Positions 63,097-64,000 of a DNA stretch of 64,000 nt are shown in pieces. This stretch comes from an uncultured Chloroflexia bacterium (GTDB lineage: Bacteria; Chloroflexota; Ktedonobacteria; Ktedonobacterales; JADMIN01), in NCBI GenBank assembly GCA_963810535.1, contig CAWENW010000009.1:16363-80362 (forward strand), in the 5' to 3' direction. The position numbers and the translations under genes are program-made. Numbering within the stretch: position 1 is the first letter of the stretch; each line of letters begins with the position of its first letter. The notes under the pieces are model-generated. The model was given only the letters and a program-made list of their open reading frames with translations, was not told the origin of the DNA and did not search any database.

Positions 63097-63467
63097 GGGT
63101 TCTATGAGCCGTGCTCACGTTTGTGTGCACCGTTGTCCGCATTGTATCTGGCCGGAGCCATGACTACCCCCCATACTATCTCTGTCACGTGCGAGCCATA
63201 TATCGCACGGTCAACGACTATCATGAGCCCGCGCATATCCACGGGCAAAAGGAGACAGCTCATGAACACGGAAACTTCGCGTACTGCAACAACATTTCGG
63301 AGCGATTGGCCGCTGCCAGCTACCTATCTTCCCAACTTTCGACTGAGCTGGGCCGAGTGGACCCGCAAGCTACATGATAGGTACACCAGCCAATCACAGC
63401 AGCGGCATGCACTGGCCGACGCCGCCTAGAGCCAGGCTCAACTGGCAAGTATTCAGGGACTCGACCG

Positions 63468-64000
63468 ATGGTATATCAAACTTCGAATCAACTCTTGCCC
63501 GAGGCGGCAGCCCAGCTCCGGGGTCCACTGGTTCTGCGCGATGCGTCGACGGTGCATGTGCGCCCCATACGAGCCGATGACGCTAACCGGCTACGCGCCT
63601 TCCATCAACGGCTCAGCGCCGATACCGTGTACCAGCGCTTCTTCGCCATCCTGCCAGAGCTCCCAATCGAGATGGCCAAGCGGCTTGCGAGCGTTGACTA
63701 CGAAAACCAGATGGCACTGCTAGCCACCATCAAGGTAGGTGGCTCGGAACGTATCATAGGGGTAGTGCGCTACGCGCGGACCGGGGCGTGCTCCGCTGAG
63801 CTTGGATTCGTGGTGGAGGACGACTGGCAGGGGCTGGGCATCGGCACGGCATTACTCCACCGGCTGGCAGAGTACGCGCGCAATCGCGGATTCCAGACCT
63901 TTTCAGCCCTCACCAATACCATGAATATGCGCATGATGAGACTGCTTCGTCACTCCGGCTTCCCGTGCGAATCGCGCATCGCCTGCGGTGAACTGGAAGT
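63468..64000 (+). CDS. GNAT acetyltransferase domain protein, 3' end outside window
   Basis: Own translation from ATG 63468: MVYQTSNQLLPEAAAQLRGPLVLRDASTVHVRPIRADDANRLRAFHQRLS..FVVEDDWQGLGIGTALLHRLAEYARNRGF. Open to the window end, which is why it is absent from the ORF track. Confidence 0.7.
   Translation, partial: MVYQTSNQLLPEAAAQLRGPLVLRDASTVHVRPIRADDANRLRAFHQRLSADTVYQRFFAILPELPIEMAKRLASVDYENQMALLATIKVGGSERIIGVVRYARTGACSAELGFVVEDDWQGLGIGTALLHRLAEYARNRGFQTFSALTNTMNMRMMRLLRHSGFPCESRIACGELE

Noticed and set aside
63111-63429. Two overlapping small ORFs (88 and 102 aa); an internal ATG at 63262 has an AAGGAG upstream
   Set aside because: There is no family resemblance and the frames conflict. 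The 55-aa version could be real, but the sequence alone does not support it.

Overview
High-G+C bacterial chromosomal window, gene content compatible with a Chloroflexota/Ktedonobacteria-like genome (inference only). It is mostly housekeeping: two ABC-2 exporter pairs, cyclophilin, deoB, a PFK-family kinase, a pyrR-pyrB-pyrC-carA-carB operon, isocitrate dehydrogenase, RNase P RNA, tRNA-Pro(GGG), tRNA-Val(CAC), GH38 alpha-mannosidase, ECF sigma factor, endonuclease IV, scpB, a MutS paralogue and a B12-domain/MeaB fusion. The standout is three non-autonomous IS200/IS605-type OMEGA (transposon-encoded RNA-guided nuclease) elements, with no TnpA (Y1 transposase) anywhere in the window. (1) An apparently intact IscB (PLMP-RuvC-bridge helix-HNH-RuvC) at 22931-24259 follows about 310 nt of densely structured non-coding sequence (candidate omegaRNA). 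Two near-identical same-strand hairpins bracket it. It appears wedged between a PyrR-type attenuator (promoter, AGAGA hairpin, intrinsic terminator) and the pyrR start codon. (2) An intact TnpB element (32646-34071) splits a membrane-protein gene cleanly. (3) A diverged second copy (37412-38833) has four frameshifts in tnpB but keeps its 3' RNA-encoding end, about 60 bp upstream of rnpB. The two copies show one compensatory base-pair change in a 3' hairpin. Other points: indel-type frame breaks in carA, carB, nfo, one hypothetical gene and an IS630 transposase (decay versus assembly error cannot be resolved from sequence alone); a TIR-like/TPR protein in a lower-G+C stretch; no CRISPR array. 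All coordinates of non-coding features are approximate and unverified by any search.
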